A stretch of DNA of 58,190 nt from Octopus bimaculoides (Eukaryota): the NCBI RefSeq assembly GCF_001194135.2, contig NC_068981.1:102090941-102149130 (forward strand). Direction: 5' to 3'. Position numbers and translations under genes: made by a program. The notes under the pieces were generated by a model. The model had not been told where the DNA came from, ran no database searches, and saw only the letters and a program-made list of their open reading frames with translations. This document shows positions 1 through 13,880 of the stretch, piece after piece. Numbering within the stretch: position 1 is the first letter of the stretch; each line of letters starts with the position of its first letter.

Positions 1-53
<53 letters not shown>

Positions 54-314
54 AACGCATACATATATATAAATAACACAAGCGCATACATATATATATA
101 TATACACACATATACATACATATATACATATACACATACATATTTACATATATATATACACATGTACACACATATATATACATATATATATACACACATA
201 CATACATATATACATACATATATGTATACATACATACAGACATATACACATATATACATACATATACACATATATATACACATATACATACCCACATATA
301 GATACACACACACA

Positions 315-355
<41 letters not shown>

Positions 356-415
356 CCACATATATATTCACACACACACATACACACATGCATATTTGTA
401 TATTTATATATATAT
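1..415. repeat. Compound microsatellite (TA)n/(CATA)n/(CA)n
   Basis: Directly visible. The ORFs at 144-389 and 162-521 are artefacts of this repeat. Confidence 0.95.
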
Positions 416-1185
416 TTTTATAGATTCTTCTATCAACATCATTTTAATGTCCATTTCTCCATGCTTGCATGCATCCGTTGCCGCTGTTAGTAGTTTTGAG
501 GAAATGATTCTTTACAGATGATTATTCTTTACAACTGATATCCTTCCTATTTCTGATCACTCAACTATGAATAGTCTGGAATTTAGAGCTGTGTTTGTTA
601 CATGTAACTTGTACAGCAGCATTGAAATAACACAATGATTGATATAAGATTTTTGAACTCATCACTAAGTGTTGTCAGTATAATAATCTACCAGCTTAAC
701 CTCACAAATGACTTATTTCAGACAAAAATCCATCTTAATTAAAGACCCATTGAAATCGAATGAAAATCTTTGCGTTCAATGCTTCGGAAGCTCCCCAATT
801 CTATTAAATTACTTTTAGTTTTTTTCTATTGATAACTAATTTTGTTCAACAGTTCTTATGCTTAATATTATTGCTGCTGTTCTGTTTTTGCTGTTGTTGT
901 TGTAGTTATTATTATTACTATTATTATTATTAATTTTGTTATTAATAATATTATTCAGTAGTCGTATTTTTATTATTATCATCATTATCTTTCAGTTTGC
1001 GTGTGCACGTGTGTGTGTGTTTTACCAAGGCAAACCAAATAGATATAGTTATTTGGAATGGAACAACCTAGAGATAAAATCAGAACAGACAACCAACCCA
1101 CACAGGCCATACACCCATGCATACACAGTGAAAGATGTTGTTGTCAGTAGTGATGATAGTGCTGCTGCTACTACTACTACTAATG

Positions 1186-1392
1186 ATTTCTAATTTAGGC
1201 AGAAGGCCAGCAATTTTTAGCGGGAGTGGCTTAGTCAATACGTTCGACCACAGTACTAAATTGGTAAGTTTACTTTATCGACCTGATGGGATGAAAGGCG
1301 AAGCTGACCTAAGAGGATTTGAACTCAGTATATAAAGAGCCAAAACAAATACCTTGAGACATTTTTCCAACACTAATGATTCCGCCAATTAA
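1186..1392 (-). mobile_element. tRNA-headed SINE family A (short-tail variant), degenerate
   Basis: Reverse complement of the family core (tttatcgacc...ggatgaaaggcgaagctgacc...atttgaactcag). Similar minus-strand copies at ~9260-9460, ~15415-15510, ~40528-40740, ~42038-42245, ~46555-46760, ~47810-48022 and ~48055-48235. Confidence 0.75.
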
Positions 1393-1479
1393 CAAGGTTT
1401 ATTTCTTTATATATTTGCTTCTCTATTTGTGCTACTGGGCCTAACGTTATTTCTTTTTCTTTGTTTTTGCTTAATCTTC

Positions 1480-2890
1480 CCAGTTCTACTTGAAAGATGT
1501 GCTTTGATGTGTTTTACTATGACAAATCTAGCAACTAGGTTTTCTACCCTATATCATTGATCCTATGCATTACATCTCAGTGCCTTCGGATAGTCACATT
1601 TCTGGTATGGCTTTGTAGCCTTTATACTTGACCACAGTTCACCTTTTGTCAAGCCTAATGTGACCAATCTCCCATACTGTAATACAGTTCACTACTGGCC
1701 ATGGGCTAACATCATGTCCAGCATCTTTTACTGTGACTCTTAGGTTTCTTTGACCCATGTACTAGGATACAAATGTATAGCCAGAAGTATGTCTAACAAT
1801 TTCAGCCTGTGCTTGTGTTTTGACTGCATCTTCAGTTTTAACCCATTCAGACCTGAGCTAATGTGCCTAACTTTACCCTTCACCTAGCCTCAGCTCAAGA
1901 GTAATGATTGCAAGCAAACTAATGAACTGAAACACAAATTTTTTTTAGGAGAATAACAGTAATAGGCTTTTCTCTCAACTAGCATATTTGTTCATTACAG
2001 GCAAACTAATGTTGCAGAATCCCAGAAGAAAATGAAGAGATTAACAATAATAGGCCTATCTCCCAACTATATTTGTTCACCAAAATCATTACATTCCTCA
2101 TCCCTTTTGCCAACTTGATTGTCCAAATCACTCTCAGTGTCTGTGTAAGGGTAAGCTTTTAATCTAAAGAGTACATATCATCAATAATTTCCTCAACTGT
2201 AAAGAGGTTAGGCCTTGCTTGTTTACTGGACAAAGTGCTGGGTTCATCACACACTTGTTTCATCACAAAGAAGTCCATTCATTTTTTTTATTAAAACCAA
2301 AAGTAAACAACAGCTAAGGCAGATGCCATTAACACTGAGTCATAAACACACTTGAGTAAAAAGCTGTAATGTGATCAGTTGTCTAATTTTAGCATTTTAT
2401 CTTCTTTTATTTACGTGGGAACCTGGTAGAGATTACGTTGAGGCTATTTCCACTATAGCAGGAACATGGTGCAATAAGGTTAGGGGTACAGCAGATAGTG
2501 CCATAGTATTTGCCTTTCTCAATTGAGATAATTTCTCTCAGTATGTCCTGGAGAGAGTTTGCTGTACTACTTCATATGAGCAAAAATTTAATCCACCTCC
2601 ATCTTTATGTAAGCAGAAATATATAACATTTCTGTTTGCCCTCTACTGGATTATCTCTTGTAGCAAAGAAATACTGCTGGATTTACAAAATTCTCCAATC
2701 TACATCTTTTAAAGATTGGGCAACTGCTGAGTTGATTGCATCTGTTAAGGCAGAAACATGTGCTAACAGCTGTCTCCCTGTCTTCAGATAATCAGAATGT
2801 CTTTCTTTGGGCGCATGTCAGTTTCAGAGGATTTTTTAGATTATTGCCAACTCCCATATGGAGCTGATGGCAATTGCCATGAGGTATTTG
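1480..2890 (-). pseudogene. Degenerate coding relic of uncertain identity, possibly Ty3/Gypsy gag-like
   Basis: Near-open minus-strand frames broken by stops: QLLAHVSALTDAINSAVAQSLKDVDWRIL*IQQYFFA, TVEEIIDDMYSLD*KLTLTQTL and EDAVKTQAQAEIVR. The resemblance to gag motifs is by eye only. Confidence 0.2.
1914..2079 (+). repeat. Degenerate ~87 bp tandem duplication
   Basis: gcaaactaatg...gagaataacagtaataggcttttctctcaactagcatatttgttca is followed by gcaaactaatg...gagattaacaataataggcctatctcccaactatatttgttca. Confidence 0.7.
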
Positions 2891-3039
2891 TTTACTCTTC
2901 TCTAGCAGAGAAGATACTTTCAACAAACCAAAAATTTATCTTGTATTGTATTTGAAATATCTTATTCCTCTTTTATATATATGTGTGTATGTGTGGGCAC
3001 ACATGCATGCATGTGTGTGCATATATCATTTTTATCTTT

Positions 3040-3403
3040 TATTTGTTACTTGTTTCAATCATTAAACTGTAGCCATGCTGGGGCACTGCCTTGAACCCAG
3101 TACTTTTTTTCTTATGACTGGTACTTATTTTATTGATCTCTTTTGATAAGCTGCGAAGTTATTGGGTTGTAAACACATCAACACTGGTTGGCAAGCAGTG
3201 GTGGTGGTGGAGCAAACACAGACACAAGCACACACATTTATACAATGGCCTTCTTTCCAGTTTCTGTCTACCAAATTCACTCACAAGGCTTTGGTTGCTC
3301 CAAGGCTATAGTAGAAGACACATGCCCAAGGTGAAATGCAGTGGGACTGAACCTGGAACCATGTGGTTGGAAAACAAGCTTCTTACCACACAACTGCACC
3401 TGT
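3040..3403 (-). mobile_element. tRNA-headed SINE family B (internal CA/TA microsatellite)
   Basis: Reverse complement of the head gctgtgtggtaagaagcttgctt(c)ccaaccacatggttccaggttcagtcccactg...ccttgggca, plus the tail ...ccagcatggc...tgactgaaacaagtaaaaga. Other copies at ~8345-8820, 20606-20765, 22585-22740, 23630-23850, 25275-25430, 31105-31330, 36500-36600, 45680-45795, 49525-49875, 53670-53988 and 57445-57880. Confidence 0.85.
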
Positions 3404-4229
3404 GTCTATCTATCTATCTATCTATCTACACACACAAACACACGTGTACACACACACACACGTGTACACACACAAACACAAACATATATAAGTACATGTG
3501 AGTTAGTGTGATTCTATGTAATTATGTGTGTATATTTGAATATCTACATGCATAAATACATTCGTGAGCATTTGTGGATATATGTAAAAACTTTTAATTA
3601 AACCACTTCCTGAAAAACTATCTTTACAAAGTAAATGCAAATAGGTAGATGTGGAAGAATAAGAAAATAACAATAATGCTAATGAAAGTAGGAAGAGCAC
3701 CACCACCACTAACACCATCAAAACCACCACTGATGATGATGTAAGTGAATACTCTAGGTAAAAGAAATGTAATTAGACCAAAAGTAAATTAAAACCAATT
3801 ACATAATTATTTTAATTAAAACCTTGTTTTCTTGTAATTCTTCTTTTCTATTTAGTTTTTATTTTTTCCCTTTTCGATTAATCATTTTATTTTAAATATA
3901 CCTTTTTTTTCTTCTGCTTTTGTAATCATAAGAAATGATAGGCTATGAAAGATGCTAAAAAAATATGGGAATAAAGAAAATCTGCAAGAAGACTTGTTAA
4001 AAGGTGTTGAAGGCTTCACAAAGTGCCGAAACCAATCATGCATTATTAGTAATTACAAGAGATTTTCCAATGAATACATCAATAATATGTATATAAGAAT
4101 TAGTCTATAACTATGCATGTCTCCTCTGATGTAAGTAAACAGTTTTTAAAACACACTTCTAGAATGCTGATCTTTGGATAGTAATCATTATTTCCATCAA
4201 ATACAAAAGCTCAAAGCATTCATATGAGC

Positions 4230-4620
4230 CGGCTTTGCATGGTTCCAGGTTTAAATCTCATTGCATAGCACCTTGAACAAGTGTGTTCTACTATAGCCCT
4301 GGGTCAACCAAAGTTTGGTGAGTGGACTTGACAGATGTAAGTTGAAAGAAACCCATCACACATGTACCTGCGATGTGTTTGTGTGTCTTTGTCTTGATAT
4401 TGTATGATAGTTGTAAAATTATTGTCACTGTCATATGGGTAGTGTTATTCGTTTTCAATATTCTATTAGAACATGCCTGACCACAAGGAAATATTACCTC
4501 ATTTCGAAACAGGCATGGGTTGACAACAGGAAGGGCATCTGGCCATTGAAAATCTGCCTCAATAAAACTCCGACCAACACATGAAAGCATGGAAAGGTAG
4601 ACATGATGATGATGATGATT
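4230..4620 (+). mobile_element. SINE B variant with alternative body and RTE-like (GAT)n 3' end
   Basis: A family B head is followed by gtctttgtcttga...ggaagggcatc...gcatggaaag...gatgatgatg. Related bodies at ~35140-35410, ~46080-46290 and ~57930-58160. Confidence 0.7.
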
Positions 4621-5378
4621 ATATATATATGTATGTGTACATACATACATACATACATACCAACCTGCCAGCCTACTTACCTACGTACATTAATAAAGTG
4701 GTTAGCAAATGCGTGGAGATAATTTAGGGTCAAGTAGATCCTTGTCAAGGGCATGACACTTTCTCTCATGCCAGTACCAATATAAAATGCACTTGCAGCA
4801 CTATGCAAAGTGATTGGCAAATAAGCAGAAAACATGTGGGTTTGAGAGGAACCTTTAGTCATGTCAAGAACGTGAAAACCACCTGGTACTGGTGCCTTGA
4901 TTAAACACACCAAGTACACTGTGAAATGTCTACATTTAAGTGGGGATGATTATTATTTCTCAGTATTAATACTGCCTCTGTCACTAATATATATTTTTTA
5001 ACAAGCTCACTGGCTAATTGCAACACCGGCTCTGTTTTTCTATATATTGTTACCAGGGAAATGAATCGCTGCTATCTTTAGCAGCCGAGCATTTATCTCT
5101 AATAAGACCAAAGAAGGTTGAAATCACGTAATCAAGAGATCTCAGCTCTAGAAATGGCGCAGATTTATCTCCTTGCTAGCAATATAAACAAGAATGCATT
5201 TTGCACTAAAAGCCAATGTGAGAGTTTCTCTCATGGTATCTACTGCAGTATAGTTTGTTCTAACAGAAAATCCTTGTTTAAGTGGTGATGAATATTAGCT
5301 CTCAGTACTAATACCACCTTTGTTGAAAAATACTGTAAAAAAAGTGAGGTTAGGTGACAAGAAGTGCATCCACAAGAA

Positions 5379-5608
5379 GGCGGTGAGCTAGCAGAAACGT
5401 TAGCACGCAGGCAAAATGCTTAGCGGTATTTCGTCTGCTGATACGTTCTGAGTTCAAATTCCGCCAAGGTCGACTTTACCTTTCATCCTTTCGGGGTCGA
5501 TTAAATAAGTACCAGTTACGCACTGGGGTCGATATAATCGACTTAATCCATTTGTCTGTCCTTGTTTGTCCCCTCTGTGTGTAGCCCCTTGTACACAATA
5601 AAGAAATA
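5379..5608 (+). mobile_element. SINE family A, long-tail variant, full length
   Basis: Head ggcggtgagctagcagaaacg (A-box-like), B-box gagttcaaattcc, core ggtcgactttacctttcatcctttcggggtcga, tail ...aaagaaata. The direct repeat agaagtgcatcca occurs at 5360-5372 and 5609-5621 (TSD-like). Confidence 0.9.
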
Positions 5609-6804
5609 AGAAGTGCATCCATCTGCAGAAAATTTGCGTCAATAAACTTCATTTAACTTATGCAGGCATGGAAAAGTGGACACTTAAAATGATGATGATG
5701 ATGATTGTGCTAGTCAGAGCAGTGGTTATGCTCTTTGAAACTTGATAAACAATACTCAATCACTGCTGGATATCTTGATACTGTTTCTCTCATGAGAATG
5801 CAAATATATTTTGCAGTGAAAGAGTCAATAGTCTCATTTATTATGTTTTCCCAGAGCAAATGAAGGAATAGTTTGAGCTATTATTTTTAAGAAAATACAA
5901 ATGAATTTTTTGGCAAAAATAGTAAAATGGTTACAAGCAAAAAAACCAAAAAACTAATATACGTCTCTTCTCTGAAAGAGTTATCTATTATTGGCTTAAT
6001 GCTGAAAACTCTAAAGATTTATCTTGTATCTGTTTAATACTAGAAAAGTCTAAAGAGAAGTAAGAACTAGCTATGTGAGGCCCTTGTCTACCATGGAAAC
6101 ATAATTTTTCAATAAAATACTTGGGTAAGCTAGTGCAATTCAAAGGAACAATATGTTTTGATGCTAGTTTCATGAGGATATAAAAAAAATAATAAAAATA
6201 GAGAAAATGATATTTAATATTCAACAACATAGTGAGTTATTTTTGAATCAAATCAAATGCCAAAAAAAGTTGTTTTTTTTTAAAGTTCATCCATTCTTGA
6301 AAATTGCATAAAGCATATTTGAAAACTCCCCCAGAGAGAAAGAGTTGCTTTTCATAGCACTGACAGCATATTCTTATTATTGTTAGTTCTTTTTTTTTTA
6401 ACAATGAAAAGAATATGTGATCACAGAATTGTGAAAATGATATGAAATCAAAAACTTGCATTTTGGAAAAGAAATGAACAATAGCAGTAGTGACAGAAAG
6501 AATAAGGATGATGATGAAGATAACAATGACAATGATGGTGATGATGACAATAATGATGATGATGATGGTTAGAGTGGAAGATAATATTGATTTTGAAGGT
6601 CATGTTGACAAAGCTAATTGTGATGGTTACAATAAAAAATGGTGATGATAATAATAATGACAACAATGAAGATAACAATTAATGGTAACCCCTCAAATAT
6701 ATGGTTTTGTATGTGTGTATGTATGTATATATATATGTATATATGTGTGTATGTATGTATGTATATATATATATATAGATGTTGGAGCCTCATATAAAGC
6801 TCTG

Positions 6805-7010
6805 GTGCTGGTGCCACATAAAAAGCACCCAGTACACTCTATATAGTGGTTGGTGTTAGGAAGGGCATCCAGCCATAGAAACCAAGGCAAAACATATGAA
6901 ACCTGATGTGACCCCTGGCTTTGCAAGTTCCTGTCAAGCCGTCCAACCTATGCCAGCATAGAAAACAGATGTGATGTTCAATGTTGATGATGACAATGAT
7001 GATGATGATA
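6805..7010 (+). mobile_element. 3' end fragment of the RTE LINE (or of a SINE sharing it)
   Basis: ggtgccacataaaaagcaccc...ggaagggcatccagc...(gat)n matches 45470-45640. Others at 7287-7472, ~12525-12718, ~36290-36490, ~53495-53660 (minus) and ~54670-54845. Confidence 0.85.
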
Positions 7011-10000
7011 TATATATATATTGCTTTGTTTATGTTCCCGCTCCTTTTTTGTCCACGTTTTTTTGACGTCCTGTACCTGGATATGCATCTATATACACAT
7101 GTAGATGTAGGTATGTACATATATGTATGTATATATGCATATGCTCACATATCATTTGTATTATATATATATATATATATNNNNNNNNNNNNNNNNNNNN
7201 NNNNNNNNNNNNNNNNNNNNNNNNNNNNNNNNNNNNNNNNNNNNNNNNNNNNNNNNNNNNNNNNNNNNNNNNNNNNNNNNNNNNNNCACATAAAAGCACC
7301 CACTACACTCTCTGAGTGGTTGGCGTTAGGAAGGGCATCCAGCTGTAGAAACTCTGCCAAATTAGACTGGAGCCTGGTGTTGCCATCTGGTTTCACCAGT
7401 CCTCAGTCAAATCGTCCAACCCATGCTAGCATGGAAAGCGGACGTTAAACGATGATGATGATGATGATGATGAATGACCTTCTTATGACACAACAAAGTG
7501 TGTGTGTGTGTGTGTGTGAGTGTGTTGTAGGGAACACCATTTTTTCCCTTCTTACTAAATAAGTAATATGTTATCAAAGTAATATGAAAGGGGAAAGTTT
7601 TCCGACATTTCACAATTTTAGCTACAGAATGAGTTCCTGATTAAAATAATATGTATTTTCAAAAAGTGCATGACCTTTCATGATCAAAAGAATCCATCAA
7701 TTGATTATCAGACATATACAATTCAGTGGGAAAATGTAATGGAACTTGCAATATTTGTGTCTTTCCCAGGAGTATTAGCAGAGTTAATGAAAAACCACAA
7801 CTGAGAATTGTGCTTGCTTCAAACATTCCGTCCACCAGAAGTCTATCATCAATATCTATAATGCTTGCCAATAAGACAGCCTCTATCTGGTTGCTCAAAT
7901 TGCTAAAAATAGCAGCCCAAATCTCTCTCAAATTACACTGCAGTATCTTGAAGAGAGAGAGACACACACACATTGCATAATGTAGTTTTTAAAAAGGCAA
8001 TACTCAAGAGAAAGAAAAGTTGATGATTGTTGGAATTCTTTTGATTGGGGATCTCCAACCATCGATCATTTGTACTGGGTCACACAGAAGCAAAAAAAAA
8101 TAACCAAAAAAACTTTCAAATTTCATTTTTAGTTTATTGGATATTGCAGTCTGAAGAATGCTTTATTTTGAAAAAATACCACTTCTATTAGTGCCTTTTT
8201 TCCACACTTGTGTAAGTCACAGTTTTTACCCGTGCCAATAAATTAAGCCCACAATAATATGGGCCCTGAATTCCTTGTTTTTTTTTATTTTATATATTTT
8301 TTTTATCTATATTACAAAGAAATAGAAATAAAGTACATATATGCAGGAGCAGGTGTGGATGTGTGGTAAAGAGCTTGCTTCCTAACCACATGGCTCCTGG
8401 TTCAGTCCCACAGCATGGTACCTTGTGATGAAGACTGATCACATGAAGACCCTGAAGGAGAAGAGCATCAAGTGGAGAGATGCTATCCTCATGCAAATAT
8501 AAAGAAGAGGAGAGATACGTGATGACAAAGATGATTGTAGGTCTTCTACTATAGCACTGATCCAACCAAAACATTGTGAGTGGATTTGGTAGACAGAAAC
8601 TGAAAGAAGCTTGTCAGTTGTGTGTGTGTGTGTGTGTGTGTGTGTGCTTGTGATTGTGTTCGATGTTGCTTTGTTTATATCCCCACAACTTAGAGGTTTC
8701 ACAAAAGATTACTAGAGTAAGTAGGAAACTTTAAAGAAAAACTAAGTATTGAGGGTCAATTTGTTCAACTAAAGTCCCTCAACATGGTGCCCCAGTATGG
8801 CTACAGTCCAATGATTTAGTGGTTGATCATTTCTTACATTCTGCTATCATTTCATGTAAACAAGAGAGCCTCTACATGGTTGCTAGAACCAGCAGCCAAA
8901 TCTCCCTCAAATCACACCCTAGCATTTTAGAAAAAAACCTGTTGATAATGTGGCACATTGGGAAAAAAATATGATGATCATGCATGGAATGTCTTATGAT
9001 AGGTTTGATGATTGGGGATGAATTAGGGTTAAACAGCAACAAAGAAGAATAGATAAATTTATTCATTATTGTTGTTTAACTCCATTCAGACCCAACTGAA
9101 CAAACCTTTGATCAAAGGCATTCCATATATGACCACTTTGACTCAGAAAGTATGCATTTTCTCACATTAATAAAGACTACTTTATTCAAAGATTTCTATG
9201 AGCTTAAGGTATAATTTTAGAGAAATTTGGTTAGTATTTTTAGTTGTCTTAAATAATTCTAATTTTGGTACAAGGCCAGCAATGTTTTAGTGGGATGAGG
9301 AGTCAATTACATCAACATCAGTGTTCAACGGGTACTTATTTTATCAACCCTAAAAGGATGAAAGGTGAAATTGATCTTAGAGGAATTTGAACTCAGAACA
9401 TAAAGCCAGAGGGAACACTGCTAAGCATTTTGTCCTGTATCCTAATGATTCTGCCGGCTCTCCATTTTAGTGGGTTTAATAAGCATTGATCTGGGTAGGC
9501 TCACGAGAGGTGGGGAAATGAAATGTGATGATTAACCATTTTCAAAAGATTTTGGACAAAGAACTGAGGTTTCATGAATGAGTCAAAATTATATTGGACA
9601 TCCACCTATTTTGGTGATAGAATGGATAAACTGAAGGTTGAAGATAATAATGATGATGTTGACTAAGGCAATAGCGTTTTCTTTTGACAATATACAACAC
9701 ACCAAATCAATGACTGCTACTAAAAAAATATAGTTAACAGGTCCTGGTATATTAGAAACACTACTCTACAGAATCAAGATTATGAAAAAAGTCTTAACAC
9801 ATTTTGTTTTTATTTACTAATGTACATTTATTGCATCAAGCTTTCATGTGTGCAACTTCTCTCTCTTTCTCTTTCTAAATGTGTATATGTATCTGTGTTT
9901 CTATGTGTGTGTATTTGTGTGTGTGTTTGTGTGCATATGTCTTTGTATGCACTGCTGTGTGTGTGTGTTTTACTGCATTCACTATTGAATGGCCTTCCTA

Positions 10001-10772
10001 GTACTGACCACAGAATAAACACAACTTGTATTTAATCAACCTAAAACTAGTAGAGATCTGTGTCTTGTTAAGTACTTCAGCTATCCATCTCTCCTTCCAG
10101 CCATCCATTATGCCTTATTAAATTTATTTGTTGAGTATAGAAAACTACAATACTGAAGCAGAATATGAGATAAGTGTGAATTACTGGCCACAAAACATGA
10201 ATTCAAAGAAAAGATTTTAAAACGCTCTGTCGAATAGACAACATAACTTGAAGTGCGTATGAGAAAAAGAGTGAAAAGGTTATAATGAGAATGTACAAAG
10301 AGAATTCAATAAGTTATGTTATAGGTTATTGGCAGTCCAAATCAGAAGCATAGAAGGCCATACGAAGATTGGCCAAAGTCGAAGAGAACATAAGAGAAAA
10401 ACTTTAAAGAAAATACCAAGAACAATAGATACTAAATGTTATCAATCAAATTCAGTGATTCTAAAACTCAGAAAGAATCTAGACATAATAAACACAAAAT
10501 AATGATATATATACATAAAATTATCCATAGTCATAAAAAATATTAATATACATTTCTGTAATGGGAATAATCGTATTCAGTTTCAATAAATATCATCAGA
10601 GGTGATGGGTGCTGCAGAACAAATCGTAAGCGAGCAGCAAGCATAGATCATGATCTAGTTTATATTCCCTTTAGATGTAAGATCACTTAATGTTTTTTTC
10701 TTTTTCTTTGGCTACTAATACACTTGGGGAAGGCATAAACATCACAGTATTACATTCTTTATCCCTCTAAAC

Positions 10773-11072
10773 CAGTGGTTCTCAACCAGGGTCTATATAC
10801 AATTTTTGTGGGGGTCCACACAACAAAACAGTAAACTGGGGATTCACAATAGTATTTTAAGGGCCCTTGAAAAATTTAGCTTTAGATGTATGTATTGGTA
10901 TATGTTGCAAGAAACAGCAAGGTTTCTTTCTCTAACATTTTATATAGTTCAACTTACACAGGTTAATGTATGAAAAACAAAATAGGAATTTTGAAAGAAG
11001 TTTCTATAAAACTAGATTGTAAACATTGAATGGCTATGGGGGTCCACCAGAATAAAACTGCTGTTGTACCAC
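10773..11072 (+). mobile_element. hAT-Charlie-like MITE
   Basis: The left end CAGTGGTTCTCAACC is preceded by the 8-mer CTCTAAAC, close to the Charlie target NTCTAGAN. The right end is degenerate and no matching TSD was seen. Confidence 0.55.
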
Positions 11073-11229
11073 TAGCTTTCTAGCTGATTGCACTGAAAAG
11101 TAGGTTCAAGGTTGTGCAACAGTTTATTCACTCAAAACAAATTCGTGCATGGGAACTTCTTGAACTCTAAGAATGTTTGCACAGATTTACTGAGTTTAGG
11201 AAGTTTAGGAACTGGGTCACAAGTTGGCT

Positions 11230-11270
<41 letters not shown>

Positions 11271-12729
11271 CGTGCGTGCGTGAAAAATAATGTTATGGAA
11301 TGAAATTTATACATCAAAATAGGGAAAGGAAAATTAGGTTAGTGGAGTTCTAGAAATGGTGGAATGCTGGCTAAAATATTTTCAGCATTTGTTTTTTTGC
11401 TTCTTATTTCAAATTCTGCAGCTTCAGTTCTGCTTGTATATAATATCCTGAAGTTATAATACTGAGATTGACTCAATCTACCATACTCTTCCTCTGAAAA
11501 CTTGTGGAAGATAGAAACTTCTGATGTAGAGCAAAAACTTGTTGTTGTTGATGTTGTTTTTTACTGTAGGTGAACTCTGACTAAGTAAATACATGATCAA
11601 AGATATTCCAGTCATGATCAGCTCATCTTTTTTCCTACATGAAAGAAACCTAGGTCCTCATTATACAACATGTTCTTTCCCAGGACTGTGGGATATCAGA
11701 ACTGTACATCCATTCAAAGATGATAAACTTTTATCATAATAATTTTTGCAGTATTATTGTGATATCTGGTGCTAATTTGTTTCCAAATCTAGTAATACAC
11801 GTTAATAAACAATGATTAAGTCAGGTTGAAGTTGAAGTGTATTTCTAAATTTATACTTACACCAGTTTAGTAGGTTTAGCACCATAGCACACTTTCTGTT
11901 AACAATCACTATAAGTCACTAGTTGAGAGACACAAACATACATATACATATATACATGTATGCATATACTCGCATATATGTATACACACACACAATGTAT
12001 AAAGCTTATGTGTGTATGTGTAAATGCCTAAACCTACACTTATGTTTAAGTGTTTCAGTTTGTATGCAAATATATGACTATTATCTTGTATCTTAATCCA
12101 TTTAACTCTTTATCTTCTCCACAATTGCATGTGTAAGTATATAATGAATACACATGTTTGTTGCATATATATGTTTCTATGCACAGAAACTCTTCAGATA
12201 TTTTAACTTCTCTGTTTTTTCACTTAATTGTTCTGACCCGTGACCTTTCACCATCAACACTTTCTGATGGTCTCATCCTTCTCTCATTTTTTCTTACATA
12301 AATTCCACATCATTTACAGACATCTAATACATATCTCTCCACTTCATCTCTGAAATATTAGCATTCACCTTTTTCAGTGTATGACATATTTCAATTTTGC
12401 AAATTTTATTGAGTTTTTTTCTTTTCTTGACTGTAGCCATCACTAGTTTCTAAAGACAATAGTTGTTTTTGCCCTTCTATATTCATACATTGCATGAGAG
12501 CTGCATGGTGATCCAACTAGTGCTGAAGGCTCAAAATAAAGCACCCAGTATGTGCTGTAAATTGGTTGGCTTTAGGAAGAACATTCAGTCATAGAAACCA
12601 TGCCACAGCAGACACTGGAGCGTGATGTGGTCCTTGGACCTATTGGATCTTGTCAAACCATCCAATTCATGCCAGCATGGAGCATAGACATTAAATGATG
12701 ATGACGATGATGATGATGTACCCAATGTA

Positions 12730-13880
12730 AATAAACCAAGGATTCACAAGAAGTACGAGAGAATGAAAGAAAGGCAGGCAAAGAAGGAAGTCTTTGTAAA
12801 TAACATATGCACAAGAAGTGTTAACAGTGGCAACACTTGTGAAATGAATTCCTGTAAATATGCAGAATATTCTTAAAGTAGTTGAGCTTCTGTTACCAGT
12901 AATGGAGGTAAGTTAGTGTTTTGAAAACATAATTACCAGAGTAAAAACAGGGTGGAAAAAGTTCAAAGGACTATCACAGTTGCTGATAGCAAACAAACTC
13001 CGTTTAAGTGGAGTAGATTATATGATGCTTATGCATGCAGTATCTTGATTTTAGAATTGGTACACCATATCTCCATGTCATATGAGCTCACTAAAAGGAC
13101 TGATGTCAAAAAAGGGCAGCTGACTGTAAAACACTGCCTTAAAAGGGGGAACCACAGTGACTATAATAAAAAAAAAAACTGTCATAGAATCCACAAAGCC
13201 ATTACACATTTTAACAAGGAAAAAGGTCTTAAACTATTTGATACAAACCACGGTTCTATGATACAAGTTTCCTGTCTTAAAGACATCTAAATTTAAAACC
13301 TTTTATCAAAATTTCATGTCAGTTTATGTTCCAAACATCAGCTTGATAATGAAAAAGTTCTTTTACTAAATTCTTTGTTATTTTCAAAATCAACTGAAAC
13401 AATGACAATGTATTTCAGCATAAATATGATGGCAAAAGAGTTAAAATACTTATTGCTTGATAAATATTGTACAAACTGTGGTGATGTAGGAAATGGGCAT
13501 TTAATGCAGAAGATGTGTGAATGGTGGAAAGAAATGAGGTGTGTATATTCAACTGGATGTGTAATGTTAGTGTGAATGACCAATGGAAACAAATGAACTG
13601 AGAGACAAACTGTCTATAAAAGGAATCAGATGTAGTGTACAAGAGAAAAGATTGAGCCCTTATAGATATGTAATGTGTAATGATATGTATGGAGAAAGAT
13701 GATGTCAAGCAATCTAACTGATGGAAATTTATAGAAAAGAAAGGCCGAAGAAGACATGGAATGAAGTGATGAAGATTGATCACACATGAAGACCCCGAAG
13801 GAGATGACAAAGAACAGCAACAAGTGGAGAGATACTATGCTTGCATAAATATAGAAGAGAACAGATAGTAAAGATGATGA
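12730..13880 (+). mobile_element. Old RTE LINE relic (RT C-terminal region), interrupted at ~13040-13470
   Basis: Translated pieces RVKTGWKKFKGLSQLL, NWMCNVSV and RPKKTWNEVMK parallel the RTE copy at 44560-45000. Confidence 0.6.

Noticed and set aside
144-521. Y/I/H/T- and C/V/M-rich ORFs (also at 21.8, 29.2, 30.3, 36.9, 50.8-51.3 and 57.6 kb)
   Set aside because: They are microsatellite translations.
3933-4003. Plus-strand exon-like segment MLKKYGNKENLQEDLLK
   Set aside because: All frames from the strong acceptor hit stops and the donor (gtgttg) is weak.
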